In this document: positions 23,577 through 33,842 of the stretch, in pieces
Numbering within the stretch: the first letter of the stretch is position 1
Layout: each line of letters opens with the position of its first letter
Assembly: GCA_965242725.1 (NCBI GenBank)
Contig: CBDESZ010000021.1
Coordinates: forward strand, 1-64,000
Source: Alkalispirochaeta sp.
GTDB taxonomy: Bacteria > Spirochaetota > Spirochaetia > DSM-27196 > Alkalispirochaetaceae
Reading direction: 5' to 3'
DNA length: 64,000 nucleotides
Translations under genes and position numbers: made by a program
Notes under the pieces: generated by a model
Told to the model about the DNA's origin: nothing
The model's database searches: none
What the model saw: the letters and a program-made list of their open reading frames with translations, nothing else

Positions 23577-24464
23577 TCACCTCTCGTTCCGTACGACCGA
23601 GCGCAGAAAAAACGCGATAAAGACCGCCATGATGAGAAAGAGGATTACCGCGATGGACGCACCGTATCCCATCTTGAAGTTGAACAGCGCTTCCTGGTAC
23701 ATGAAATAGGCGAGGACGTTGGAACTTCCCCATGGTCCGCCGGCGGTCATGATGGCAATCAGGTCGAAACTCCGCAAGGCGCCGATGACGGTGACAACCA
23801 CGGCAATAAAGGATGCGCCCCGCAGCTGGGGAAGGACGACATTCCAGAGCATCGTCCACCCGTAGGCGCCGTCAATTCGTCCCGCTTCAATGACCTGGAA
23901 ATTCATGCTCGTCAGACCGGTCAGGTACAGAATCATGCAGTACGCCGTTTGGGGCCACAACGCGGCGACAATGATGCCGTACGTTGCAAGAGTCTCATCC
24001 GCGAGGATCGGTATCGGCCGCATTCCCAGACTCCGTGTGATCTCCGCGAGCAGTCCCAGATCGGGGTTGTAAAACCACGAGAAGATCAGACCGATGACAA
24101 CGAGATTGATGACAAAGGGGAAGAAAAAGAGGGATTTCGCCAGCCTGATGCCCCGGACATTCTGGTTCAGAAAGAGCGCGATCGCGAGTCCCCCTACCGG
24201 AGCAAGGAGCATCAACACCAGCCATCGGGCGTTATTTGCGAGGGATACCTTGAACTCCCCGTCATCAAAGAGACTCCGGTAGTTTTTCAGGCCGACCCAC
24301 GTCATCTCTCCGAAGCCGCTCCACTCGTGGAAACTGATCCAGATACTCTGTGCGATCGGCCAGAGCACAAAGAGTGAAAACAGCACCATCGCAGGAGCGA
24401 GGAAATAGACGGGAGCGAGAGTGTATTGCAGCTTCAGCCAACGGTAGTGGATGCGTTTATTCAC
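23577..24464 (-). CDS. Carbohydrate ABC transporter permease (MalF-like)
   Basis: WVGLKNY, EAGRIDGA, MTAGGP; GTG start with AAGGAG. Confidence 0.92.
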   Translation of the reverse strand: MNKRIHYRWLKLQYTLAPVYFLAPAMVLFSLFVLWPIAQSIWISFHEWSGFGEMTWVGLKNYRSLFDDGEFKVSLANNARWLVLMLLAPVGGLAIALFLNQNVRGIRLAKSLFFFPFVINLVVIGLIFSWFYNPDLGLLAEITRSLGMRPIPILADETLATYGIIVAALWPQTAYCMILYLTGLTSMNFQVIEAGRIDGAYGWTMLWNVVLPQLRGASFIAVVVTVIGALRSFDLIAIMTAGGPWGSSNVLAYFMYQEALFNFKMGYGASIAVILFLIMAVFIAFFLRSVVRNER

Positions 24465-24598
24465 GGTGGAGTTCTCCTTCGGCCGGTACCGTCGGCGCAG
24501 GAAAAACAGCGCGCCCGACGACAAGAAAAGGCCGCCGCGCTCCCGTGGCCGTTGGCCGGCGGCAGGGAATGCGGCGACACGTGTAGGCCTGGCGTCGA

Positions 24599-25855
24599 CT
24601 ACTCGCCAAAAATCGCTTTCCGCTCTTCGTCCAGGCGGGCGCGAATCTGATCTACCCTGCCGGGATTGACCATGAACTCCTGGAAGCCCTGCATACCCTT
24701 GCTCGCCATTTCCGGATTGGTATCGCGGTCATAAAACTGGGCGAGTCCGTCGGCTTCATTGAGCATTTCAAAGCCCGCGATGGTAAAGCGGTCTTCCGGC
24801 GGGCGGCTGTTCTTGTTCGGCGGAATATTGCCCACTTCGTAGGCAAAATCGGCGAGGATTTCCGGGCGCGAGACAAACTCGATAAAGAGCTTCGCCTCTT
24901 CTACATTTTCCGCGCCCCGGGGAATCAGGTATGCTTCGGTCGGCGCGTCTTCATACATGCCGATTTCCGGATTGATTGCGGGAAACTGGAAAAAGCCGAC
25001 GTTGTCAATGACACCGGCGCTCTCAAGATCGGGGACGATGAAGTTGCCGATGAGATACATCGCCGCACGGCCGTTGATGAACGGCGCCTGTGCTTCCTGC
25101 CATGAGTAGGTTGCGTGGTTCTCAAGAAAGAAACCCCGATCGATCAGGTCCGCCCACGTTTCAAACACGGCGTCCAGTTCCGGGTCGAGATAGCTCGCTT
25201 CACCGGCGGTGAGGGACATGTGATAGTCAAATCCGTTGATCCGCAGATTCAGGTAATCAAACCAGCCCGCGGCGGTCCAGAGAAACTTGGTACCGATCGT
25301 CACGGGGGTGATCCCGTTTTCCACGAGGGTGTCGCCCACCGTCAGGAATTCGTCCCAGTTCTGCGGAACTTCCAGACCGTAACGGTCAAAGATGTCCCGT
25401 CGATAAAAGACTCCCCACTGGTAATATCCCCAGGGGACGCCCCACTGTCGACCGTCGGCGGTGAATGCTGGACGGCTGGACGCCATGGAGTCGTTGAATC
25501 CGGCCTCTTCCCACAGATCGGTGACGTCCATGATCAGACCCTGATCAACAAAGAAGCGCATCCGATTGCCGGCAAACCACAGCGCCACGTCCGGCGGGTC
25601 GGAAGCGAGAAAGTTCCGGATCGCCGTCTTGTACGCTTCGTGGTCAAATGTGTTGAGGGTAACGTCAATGTCGGGATACTCCGCTTCAAACTTGTCGACC
25701 ATCGTACGGAAAGCCGTCCGCGGCGCGGGGTCGGAAAGGTTGGAGTTGATAATGAGTTGCCGTCCGCCGCCCGCGCCTTCGCCTTGTCCGGTGGCAAACA
25801 GAACTCCCGGGAGCAGGGTTAAGACAATAATAAATGGAATAAGTCGTCGTACCAT
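24599..25855 (-). CDS. Carbohydrate ABC transporter substrate-binding protein
   Basis: Signal peptide ending LFATGQGE, SBP_bac_1-like sequence, SD AGGAGG. Confidence 0.92.
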   Translation of the reverse strand: MVRRLIPFIIVLTLLPGVLFATGQGEGAGGGRQLIINSNLSDPAPRTAFRTMVDKFEAEYPDIDVTLNTFDHEAYKTAIRNFLASDPPDVALWFAGNRMRFFVDQGLIMDVTDLWEEAGFNDSMASSRPAFTADGRQWGVPWGYYQWGVFYRRDIFDRYGLEVPQNWDEFLTVGDTLVENGITPVTIGTKFLWTAAGWFDYLNLRINGFDYHMSLTAGEASYLDPELDAVFETWADLIDRGFFLENHATYSWQEAQAPFINGRAAMYLIGNFIVPDLESAGVIDNVGFFQFPAINPEIGMYEDAPTEAYLIPRGAENVEEAKLFIEFVSRPEILADFAYEVGNIPPNKNSRPPEDRFTIAGFEMLNEADGLAQFYDRDTNPEMASKGMQGFQEFMVNPGRVDQIRARLDEERKAIFGE

Positions 25856-26132
25856 CAATGTCCTCCTTCTTATGGACTGTTGAAATATTGTCATGCCCTC
25901 GTGAACAACGGTCAATCACAAGATTTTCGCGCCACTTTTGGATATTTCGGTTCTCCCCTTTCCCTGTCCCCAAACGGGCACGGAACGGCTTCATATGTCA
26001 AATTTGTCGTTCGAATGTTCAGAGATTGGAAGAAATGCACCCGTGAAGAGGTGATACAGGCGCCGCCGGATTCGGGAGACTTTCGTAATTTTCCGGTAAC
26101 TTGTACAATCCTCGGAGAAGTTCGGAGGAAGT

Positions 26133-26987
26133 GTGAAAAACCAGCACGATCAGGGACGCCGCGACGGAGATTTCGTCCTCTCAACACCGACGGAAGTTGA
26201 GAACGAACTGCCCTTCCAATTGATCGGTGTCGGTTGTGACTTCTATCAATATCCAATAGAACGTCCCTTCGGTTTTCCCGTATTTCAGTGGATTCAGACC
26301 ATTCGGGGATCAGGAACCCTTCACGCCGGGGGAACGTCCCATACCGTCGGTGAAATGGAGGGTATGCTCCTCTACCCCGACGAGCCCCATGGCTACCACG
26401 CCGCCGAAGAACCGTGGTACGTCCACTGGATCTCATTCAGCGGACACCATGTTGAAAACATGCTTCACTATCTGGGTATGGCCGGGACCGGCGTCTATCG
26501 TCTTTCAAATCCAACATACGTGGAAGGTATCATCAGGAAAGCACTGAGCACCCTGAAGAGTGACAATCCCCTTCGGGGAATCGACGGTTCTGGGCTGGTC
26601 TACATCCTTCTCCTTGATTTTCTGAAGTACATCGAACGGGACGGAGCGGAAAGCCACGGGGGCAATGTGATGCGCCTCAAACCGGCACTCGACCTCATTG
26701 AGCGGGAGATGCACCGCCCCCTGGGGCTGGAGGATCTTGCGGCTTCCATCGGGGTGACTCCCCAGTATTTTTGTGAGCTCTTCAAGTCGGTAACGACCCA
26801 CAGGCCCACGGAATATCTCAACCAGCGGCGGATTTCCCGGGCCAAGGAACTCCTCCTCCAGGAACCTGACGCACGTATTCACGACATCGGCTCCCGGGTC
26901 GGATTTGAGAGCGACAGCTACTTTGCCACCGTATTCAAGCGATACGAAGGAGTCAGCCCCCGCCGCTTCAGGGAGGCAAACGGCTGA
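26133..26987 (+). CDS. AraC family transcriptional regulator of the galactoside operon
   Basis: N-terminal cupin arm, C-terminal double HTH (VGFESDSYFATVFKRYEGVSP); divergent from the ABC operon. Confidence 0.92.
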   Translation: MKNQHDQGRRDGDFVLSTPTEVENELPFQLIGVGCDFYQYPIERPFGFPVFQWIQTIRGSGTLHAGGTSHTVGEMEGMLLYPDEPHGYHAAEEPWYVHWISFSGHHVENMLHYLGMAGTGVYRLSNPTYVEGIIRKALSTLKSDNPLRGIDGSGLVYILLLDFLKYIERDGAESHGGNVMRLKPALDLIEREMHRPLGLEDLAASIGVTPQYFCELFKSVTTHRPTEYLNQRRISRAKELLLQEPDARIHDIGSRVGFESDSYFATVFKRYEGVSPRRFREANG

Positions 26988-27016
26988 CCCGCCGGAGCTG
27001 AAACTCTATGACCCTT

Positions 27017-27060
27017 CGGACCGCAGGGCGTCGCAGGACACCCTGCGCCGATGCGGTCCG
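27017..27060. terminator. GC-rich stem-loop between convergent araC and htpG
   Basis: CGGACCGCA (27017-25) pairs with TGCGGTCCG (27052-60), inner CGCAGG/CCTGCG; no U-tract. Confidence 0.4.
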
Positions 27061-28932
27061 CTATAGCGCCCGGGCCATCACCCGGTTGAGACGTTCCACA
27101 AAGGTCGCCGGGTCCTTGAGTTGCACTCCCTCGACGAGGAGCGCCTGATCGAGAAGGAGGAAACTGGCGTCGGCAAACTGCTCGTCGTCTTCCAGCTCCT
27201 TCATGTGACCGACGATGGGATGGTCCGGATTGATCTCTAGGATCGGTTTCACCTCGGGAATGTCAAACTGCCCCATGGCCTTCATCATTTGCGCCATTTT
27301 CATCGTCGGATCGTTTTCATCAACCACCATGCAGCTGGGACTGTCGGCAAGGCGGACGGAGGTGACCACATCCTTTACCCGCTCGCCAAGGACCTTTTTC
27401 ATGCGTTCAATGACCGGCTTGAGCTCCTTGTCCTTGGAGGAGTCCTTCTTTTCCTTCAGGTCGTCGCCGGCGTCGGAGCGGTTGACCGCCTTGAGTTCCG
27501 TCTCCTTGTACTGACCGATGCTGGGAATGACAAGTTCATCCACGTCCTGGGCCATAATGAGAACTTCGATATCCTTCTTCCGGTACGCTTCCAGGAGGGG
27601 TGAGCGCCGCAGCGTCTGCTCGTTGTCGCCGGTGATGTAGTAGATCGCCTTCTGGTCGGGGAGCATGCGCTCCTTGTATTCGGCGAGGCTCGTCCATCCC
27701 TCGGCCTTGGTGCTCTTGAACCGGACCAGGTCCATCAGCGTTTCCCGGTTGGAAAAGTCGGAGTAGAGTCCTTCCTTGAGGGGGCGGTTGTACTGCTCGA
27801 TAAACTCCTTCCACGTTTCCGGCTCTTCCTGGGCGATCCGGGAAAACTCGTTGAGCAGCTTCTTCACCGAGCTGTCCTTGATCTTATGGAGGACCCGGTT
27901 CTGTTGCAGTATTTCCCTGCTCACGTTGAGGGGCAGATCCTCGGAGTCTATGACACCCCGGACAAAGCGCAGATAGGTGGGCATCAGCTCCTTTTCGTCG
28001 TCGGTGATGAAGACGCGCTTCACGTAGAGCTTCACTCCGGGACGATAGTCGACCTGGTACATGTCAAAGGGCGCTTTTTTAGGCACATAGAAGAGGGTCG
28101 TGTACTCCATCGTACCCTCCGCCTGGGTGTGAAGATAGATCAACGGATCGTCGGTGTCGTGGCTGACCGTCCGGTAAAATTCGTTGTACTCCTCCGCGGA
28201 GATATCCGATTTGCTGCGCTTCCACAACGCCCCGGCGTCGTTTATCTGTTCCGTCGTGGGAGTCTTTCCCTTTTCCTTGCCTTTGTCGTCATACTCGGTC
28301 TTCTCATAGTGGAGCCAGATGGGAAAGGCGATGTGGTTTGAGTACTTCTTGACGATCTGTTCAATCTGCCACCGTGACGCATATTCCGTGCCCTCTTCGC
28401 CGAGATGAAGGGTGACGGTGGTTCCCGGTTTGTCCCGCTCCGCTTCGGCGATTTCAAACTCACCCTTTCCGTCGCTCTTCCAGAGCCACGCCGTATCCTC
28501 ACCGGCCCTGCGGGTGAGGACCTCCACCGAGTCGGCGACCATGAATACGGAGTAGAATCCGACGCCGAACTGACCGATCAGGTTGCTGTCTTTCCTGGCG
28601 TCGCCGGTGAGCTGTCCCAGAAACGCTTTGGTACCGCTCTTGGCGATGGTACCGAGACTCTCCACCAGATCGGCGTCGTTCATGCCGATTCCATTGTCCG
28701 TGACGGTGAGGGTCTTGCCGTCGTCGCCTTCGCTGAATTCGATATCGATACGCGGTTGAAACTCCATCGACTTGAACGCGTCGTCGGTGAGAGTGAGGTA
28801 CTTCAGTTTGTCCAGGGCGTCGCTTGAGTTTGAAATGAGCTCACGGAGAAATATCTCTTTGTGGGAATAAAGTGAGTGAATGATGAGGTTGAGGAGCTGA
28901 TTGACCTCCGTCTGAAATTGATGTGTTGCCAT
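27061..28932 (-). CDS. htpG: Chaperone HtpG (Hsp90)
   Basis: YSHKEIFLRELISNSSDA, DNGIGM, IGQFGVGFYS, LPLNVSREILQ. Confidence 0.98.
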   Translation of the reverse strand: MATHQFQTEVNQLLNLIIHSLYSHKEIFLRELISNSSDALDKLKYLTLTDDAFKSMEFQPRIDIEFSEGDDGKTLTVTDNGIGMNDADLVESLGTIAKSGTKAFLGQLTGDARKDSNLIGQFGVGFYSVFMVADSVEVLTRRAGEDTAWLWKSDGKGEFEIAEAERDKPGTTVTLHLGEEGTEYASRWQIEQIVKKYSNHIAFPIWLHYEKTEYDDKGKEKGKTPTTEQINDAGALWKRSKSDISAEEYNEFYRTVSHDTDDPLIYLHTQAEGTMEYTTLFYVPKKAPFDMYQVDYRPGVKLYVKRVFITDDEKELMPTYLRFVRGVIDSEDLPLNVSREILQQNRVLHKIKDSSVKKLLNEFSRIAQEEPETWKEFIEQYNRPLKEGLYSDFSNRETLMDLVRFKSTKAEGWTSLAEYKERMLPDQKAIYYITGDNEQTLRRSPLLEAYRKKDIEVLIMAQDVDELVIPSIGQYKETELKAVNRSDAGDDLKEKKDSSKDKELKPVIERMKKVLGERVKDVVTSVRLADSPSCMVVDENDPTMKMAQMMKAMGQFDIPEVKPILEINPDHPIVGHMKELEDDEQFADASFLLLDQALLVEGVQLKDPATFVERLNRVMARAL

Positions 28933-29065
28933 GTGAGATCTCCTTTTACGCTATGTGTGACCCTTCGACGTCACGGGGACGGACGGAGGATCGATTGATT
29001 TGAATAGTGTGATGATTCCCGCGAAATATACCGATTATGGGCCGATTGGGCAAATCGGAGCGACC

Positions 29066-30472
29066 CTAAAACTGATAGCGCAGAATGATGCTGTTCCGAT
29101 CCACGTCGTAGCGTTCACGCTTTTCTTTGGGCAGGTCCTTCACGCCGATGCGGCGATATCCGATGCTCTCAAACCAGTCACCGGTGCGGGTGGTGAGGAC
29201 AAATACCGCCGGAATACCCTCTTCCCGCGCCCGGTCCATGAGGTAGAGGACGATTCTCCGGCCGATTCCGAGTTCCTCATACATTGCATCCACGGCAATG
29301 GCGGCGATCTCCGCCTCGCCGTTGCTGTACCGGTGGAGCGCGCCGCACCCGTGGATGCGCCCGTCCGTCTCATGGACGACGTAATCGGCAAAGTGTGCGG
29401 CGATCTCATCGGGAGTGCGCCGTATGAGCACGCCTTCGTCGGCCAGGGGCTGGAGGAGGCGATAAACCTTGGCCACATCTTCAAGCTCCATGGGACGGAT
29501 ACTCTGGTAGACGTTTGCATATACCATCGTGCCGGCGCCGAGGTTGCTGAAGACCTCCACCAGCACGACACCTTCCATTCCTCCGCCGACGATATGGACC
29601 CGGTCCACGCCGCTTGCCGCCGCGCGATGGGCGAGACGGAGGAGCTCAACGCTGTCGCGGGTACCTTCGTAATAACCGCTGGCAAGTCTGATCGCCGCAC
29701 CTCTATCGTCACCGTCGGCAGCCGCGGACTCCGACTCGCCCTCGGGAGAGAACCCGTTGGCTGAAAGAACCTCCGCCGCTTCTTCAACGGTGAGACGACT
29801 GATACGACCGCCTTCGGTCGCGTCGATCTGGTCGGGAACTGAGAGATCCGCCGTGGTGAGTCCCATTCTGTCGCTGATGAAAAAGAGCTTGTCCGCCTTG
29901 ATGCTGACGGCGATGCGGTATGCCAGCTCCCGTGATGAAATGTTATACGGTTTCCCGCTGACGCTCCAGCCGATGCAGGGAAAGATGGGTATGAGTCGTT
30001 CCTTCAGTGTGCTTTTCAACAGCTCCAGCTGTACCCGTTCCACAACCCCTGTGTGCTGATAGTCCACACCATCGACAACCCCGATGCCCCGGGCGCGGAC
30101 CCAGTTACCCACAACCGCGTTGGTGTGGTGGGCGCTCAGAATTGTCATAAAGCGGTTGCTCACGTCAAAGGCAGCCATCTTGATGAAGGGTATCGCCTCC
30201 CGGGAGGCGATTCTGACGCCCCGTGAGCGCTCCCAGGGGATGTCGTAGCGGCTCAACACCTCATCTATACGCTGCCGCGCGCCGGGTACGAGAATGATGC
30301 GAATCCCCGACTGATGCAGGAGTACTACGTCCTGGACGAGGGCGTTCAGTCCGTCGTCATCGACTGCACCATAATCAACGTGAAGGACAAAGGTCTTTTC
30401 CCTGAAACGGTGGGCGTAGGAAAAGACCTGTCTGATGAGATCTACCTGGGCAAAGATGTCGTTGCTGTTCAT
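29066..30472 (-). CDS. argA: Amino-acid N-acetyltransferase (N-acetylglutamate synthase; AAK + GNAT domains)
   Basis: AAK-like N-domain (GVVDGVDYQHTG, EVFSNLGAGTMV) plus GNAT C-domain (VFVLTTRTGDWF). Confidence 0.9.
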   Translation of the reverse strand: MNSNDIFAQVDLIRQVFSYAHRFREKTFVLHVDYGAVDDDGLNALVQDVVLLHQSGIRIILVPGARQRIDEVLSRYDIPWERSRGVRIASREAIPFIKMAAFDVSNRFMTILSAHHTNAVVGNWVRARGIGVVDGVDYQHTGVVERVQLELLKSTLKERLIPIFPCIGWSVSGKPYNISSRELAYRIAVSIKADKLFFISDRMGLTTADLSVPDQIDATEGGRISRLTVEEAAEVLSANGFSPEGESESAAADGDDRGAAIRLASGYYEGTRDSVELLRLAHRAAASGVDRVHIVGGGMEGVVLVEVFSNLGAGTMVYANVYQSIRPMELEDVAKVYRLLQPLADEGVLIRRTPDEIAAHFADYVVHETDGRIHGCGALHRYSNGEAEIAAIAVDAMYEELGIGRRIVLYLMDRAREEGIPAVFVLTTRTGDWFESIGYRRIGVKDLPKEKRERYDVDRNSIILRYQF

Positions 30473-30484
30473 GAGCGCTGTCCG

Positions 30485-31753
30485 TTAAAATCTGCCGCCG
30501 ATGCCGACGCCGAGCTGAAGCCACGAGTGGAGATCTCTCTCCGAAGGCGAGTACACGCCGAAGAGGGCAGTCTGAAGTGAAAGCCGGCCATATTTCCCAA
30601 TGCCGAATCCAAACTCGACGGTACCGTTGAAGGCGGGATCGCAGTCGTCCATTTTGTCCTCTCCGACCACCATGCCGCCATACTCGGCCGTCGCCTCCAC
30701 GCGGTACATCGCAACGCCGGCACCGACGCGGGCGACAAAGTCCACCCCGGAGACGGGTCCGACGGTGACGCCCAGAACACCGAGAATTGAATTTGACCGG
30801 ATGTCCAACAATATATCGGGATCGCCCGAAAGCGTGTCCCCCCGTTCCACACCTTCCCAGTTGAGAAACTCAGTCTCCACACCAATCACCAGATTGCGAA
30901 AGGGTACGTGACCAAAGAGCACTGTTGCCGCCGTCGCCCAGGAAACATCGGTGGACGCCTCTTCAAAGCCCTCAAGGGGCAGCATCCCCACGCCGCGAAA
31001 GGTCACGATGCCGCGCCATCGATCATTGGGGTTGGTGAGGCGCAAAAAGCCGGGAACCGGCGGTGCCTGCCTGGCCATGGAAAACTCGATTTCCAGAAAG
31101 TCGTCGTCGGCGAGCCGGACGGTACGCCGGCCAACCACGTGGGAGAATCCGTCGTCCCGCCGGCGAATTTCTATTGTGTACTCCCCCACCGGCAATTCAA
31201 TTTCCGTGATATTTGCACCAAGGAACGTATCGTCGGCGTAGACGTAATAGTTATGGGGAAATCCGCTGTTTGTGAATCGCAGCCGGCCGAAACCGGGGAA
31301 TGCGGAAGCAACCGCCGATGCGACATCGGAGGCGAAGGTGTCTATCCGGGGAAAGAGAGCGCCGTCGCCCTCGACGGGGGTTTCACCTGAGCGCACAAAG
31401 GCGCCGTCGGCGTATACGTCGAACTCGCCGCGCAGGGTGTCGTCAAGACGCCGGGACTGGCGGATGAAGATTATGGCATCGTACCCGGACATCTCCTTCC
31501 GGGACACAACATCCTCCGGTTCCATATCCGTTGTCGATTTGGTGATGCTGTACCGCCGCTGTGCGGCCAGTCGCGCTTCAACTGCGGCGACGATCGCCGG
31601 CGGGAGGCTCCCCTCCCCTTCCGAAATCAGGACAATGTGGATCGACGGCTGGACACCGGGCTCTTGTGCCGCAACCGCCGCAACGATTACACCCCACAAT
31701 ACCACGCCCAAAAGGAGTGATTTTTTTACCGACCGTCCAGTTGTACGCCACAT
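30485..31753 (-). CDS. Exported multidomain protein: alpha/beta N-domain, PEGA-like domain, C-terminal outer-membrane beta-barrel
   Basis: Signal peptide (AAVAAQ), PEGA-like VYADDTFLG...LPVGEYTIEIRR, amphipathic strands ending LGVGIGGRF. Confidence 0.6.
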   Translation of the reverse strand: MWRTTGRSVKKSLLLGVVLWGVIVAAVAAQEPGVQPSIHIVLISEGEGSLPPAIVAAVEARLAAQRRYSITKSTTDMEPEDVVSRKEMSGYDAIIFIRQSRRLDDTLRGEFDVYADGAFVRSGETPVEGDGALFPRIDTFASDVASAVASAFPGFGRLRFTNSGFPHNYYVYADDTFLGANITEIELPVGEYTIEIRRRDDGFSHVVGRRTVRLADDDFLEIEFSMARQAPPVPGFLRLTNPNDRWRGIVTFRGVGMLPLEGFEEASTDVSWATAATVLFGHVPFRNLVIGVETEFLNWEGVERGDTLSGDPDILLDIRSNSILGVLGVTVGPVSGVDFVARVGAGVAMYRVEATAEYGGMVVGEDKMDDCDPAFNGTVEFGFGIGKYGRLSLQTALFGVYSPSERDLHSWLQLGVGIGGRF

Positions 31754-31826
31754 TCTACAACTACTGTACCACAGCTGCGTACTATTTGCATCGGGCCGAA
31801 CCATTTTATACAATTCTCAAAGTCCG

Positions 31827-32432
31827 ATGGGAAAACGTCTCGTCCCGGCAATTTTCATTTTCCTTCTCCTCTTTGCGGTAACGACGATGTTCTTTTCTTT
31901 CCCCTCCCTTTTTCGTCCTTCACCGGATCCCGACACGGTGCGGGGAAATATCCAGGAGCTGCAGACCCTTGCAACAACGCGCTATGAATACCGCGAGGTC
32001 GTCTACTTTGACCAGCAGACACGGCTCCTGGGAATACCCGCAGGTACGAAGGAAATGCTCTTCTCCGTACGCATAGACGTCATTGCGGGGCTTGACCTCG
32101 ACGAATCAGTTACGGTAGAGCCCGGAAATCGGCGAAAAAGGGAAGTCTTTGTCACCCTCCCCGCTCCGCGAATCCTGAGAGTGACGGCACAGGAGGATAC
32201 AATAGACCAGTATTTTGTCCACTCCGGACTGGGAACGATCGACTGGCTGTACGTCACGGATCTCCTTGAGGCGGCAAAGGAAAAGAACAGGGACGACGCG
32301 GTAAGCCGGGGCATCCTGGACCGCGCCCGGAGCCATGGTGAAGTTGTCCTGAGGGGACTCCTCACCGCTGCGGGGTATGAGACGATCCACATTCGATTTC
32401 GCAGCGCCGGAAGGGATGAATTGCGGGGATAG
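31827..32432 (+). CDS. DUF4230-like membrane-anchored protein
   Basis: N-terminal TM, IQELQTLAT..Y.Y, VIAGLDL, VTLPAPRIL, GILDRAR, GYETIHIRF. Confidence 0.7.
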   Translation: MGKRLVPAIFIFLLLFAVTTMFFSFPSLFRPSPDPDTVRGNIQELQTLATTRYEYREVVYFDQQTRLLGIPAGTKEMLFSVRIDVIAGLDLDESVTVEPGNRRKREVFVTLPAPRILRVTAQEDTIDQYFVHSGLGTIDWLYVTDLLEAAKEKNRDDAVSRGILDRARSHGEVVLRGLLTAAGYETIHIRFRSAGRDELRG

Positions 32433-32434
32433 GT

Positions 32435-33193
32435 ATGAAAGGGAGTGATCGTGACGGAAACACCAGCAAGGGTAACGCCGGGCGAAAGGGCGGATTCCGC
32501 TCCCGTGCGGGGAGCTCCCTTGTCACAATCCTCGTCATCGCGCTCGCAATCGCGATCCTTGCCGGAGGAGCGTATATTCTCGCAGGACGGACCGGCTTCC
32601 TCCCCTCGGTGGTGAAGCGCACCCAGCGGGGAGGTTCTCAGGGACTCCTCACCGCCGTCGCCGACATATCGGAACTTGAGACGCTGGCCTACGTCCGGCG
32701 GACCGTTTTTCCCCACGACTACCTCCAGCCTGATCTCACCATGACCGCCCTGGTTCGCCTCATTACCGCCCGGGGCGGCGATGCGGAATCGGCGCTGACG
32801 CCGACGGAGTTATCCCATTTTCACGCCGCAAACCTCGCTTCCGAGCTTGGACTCGCGACGCGGCGCGATCAGGGTGGTTACGTTGTTGTCACCGCGGTGT
32901 ACCGGTTCGGGTATGAAATAGAGACACTGATGGATTACATTGAAACGGTGGATTTTGAGGAGGAACGATCGCGCATACTTGGCGATCTGCCGAAGGGAAG
33001 CCTCCTCTCGGTGGAAATCGAGGATCTCCGCAGGGACCGGTATCCCTATGGTCCCGTTCCGGTGGACGCCGACGGATGGCAGCGCCTTACCTCATTTGTT
33101 GTGAATGAGGGGCTTCCCCCGGAGCGCATGGCCGAGATGGAAGAACGGAGCAAAGAACAGGGTGCACACATCCTGAGGCGACTGATGTGGTGA
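32435..33193 (+). CDS. Membrane-anchored hypothetical protein, possibly a divergent DUF4230 paralog
   Basis: Single TM, ISELETLAY resembles the neighbour's IQELQTLAT; 2 nt downstream of the previous gene. Confidence 0.6.
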   Translation: MKGSDRDGNTSKGNAGRKGGFRSRAGSSLVTILVIALAIAILAGGAYILAGRTGFLPSVVKRTQRGGSQGLLTAVADISELETLAYVRRTVFPHDYLQPDLTMTALVRLITARGGDAESALTPTELSHFHAANLASELGLATRRDQGGYVVVTAVYRFGYEIETLMDYIETVDFEEERSRILGDLPKGSLLSVEIEDLRRDRYPYGPVPVDADGWQRLTSFVVNEGLPPERMAEMEERSKEQGAHILRRLMW

Positions 33194-33347
33194 CAACCGC
33201 GTATATAGAATCGTGTTGCGCCGCCGGGGACATGACGATGTCGCAGCATATACGTCACAATCCAAAGAAAGACGATACGGGGGGTTGTCAATTCCGCGTA
33301 AAGTTGATATTTTCTATATATAATTTTTTAGATGACTGGAGATGACT

Positions 33348-33710
33348 ATGACTGAGCATTTAACCAAACAGACCTTCCTGGACAAGGTTTTTAACTACGA
33401 AGTAAACAAGGAGTGGAAGTACGAAGGTGACAAACCCGCGATTATCGACTTCTACGCCGACTGGTGCGGACCGTGCAAGATGGTAGCCCCCATTCTGGAG
33501 GAGCTCTCCGACGAGTACGCAGACAAGGTCCATATTTACAAGATCGATACCGACGCGGAGCAGGAACTGGCCTCGGTCTTCGGGATTCAGAGTATTCCTT
33601 CGATGCTCTTCATTCCCGTGGGCGACAAGCCGCAAATGGCGGTGGGAGCCCTGCCCAAGGACTCCATCGAGCAGGCGATGCAGGAAGTTCTGAAGGTAGA
33701 GACCGCATAA
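33348..33710 (+). CDS. trxA: Thioredoxin
   Basis: DFYADWCGPCKM; SD GGAG 6 nt before ATG 33348. Confidence 0.97.
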   Translation: MTEHLTKQTFLDKVFNYEVNKEWKYEGDKPAIIDFYADWCGPCKMVAPILEELSDEYADKVHIYKIDTDAEQELASVFGIQSIPSMLFIPVGDKPQMAVGALPKDSIEQAMQEVLKVETA

Positions 33711-33733
33711 TCGCCGGTTATCGACGACACATA

Positions 33734-33763
33734 AAAAAAGCCTCCCCATGGGGAGGCTTTTTT
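33734..33763. terminator. Bidirectional intrinsic terminator
   Basis: Perfect palindrome AAAAAAGCCTCCCCATGGGGAGGCTTTTTT between convergent genes, with U-tracts on both strands. Confidence 0.9.
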
Positions 33764-33842
33764 GTACATGCAATCCACGCCGGCGGGACAAGACGGACGG
33801 GCGGTCGCGGACCGTCCGCCGTTATTCATTCCGCCGTCATTC

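Noticed and set aside
24465..24598. GC-rich intergenic hairpins (also 33790-33822 and 63379-63402) as a REP/MITE family
   Set aside because: No shared sequence among them; consistent with ordinary intercistronic stem-loops.
28933..29065. CIRCE heat-shock operator upstream of htpG
   Set aside because: No TTAGCACTC-N9-GAGTGCTAA match.
33190..33292. Possible structured ncRNA upstream of trxA (GTGAC/GTCAC, CGTATAT/ATATACG, TGACAACC/GGTTGTCA pairings)
   Set aside because: Pairings are short, mutually exclusive and overlap a likely promoter; no family resemblance.
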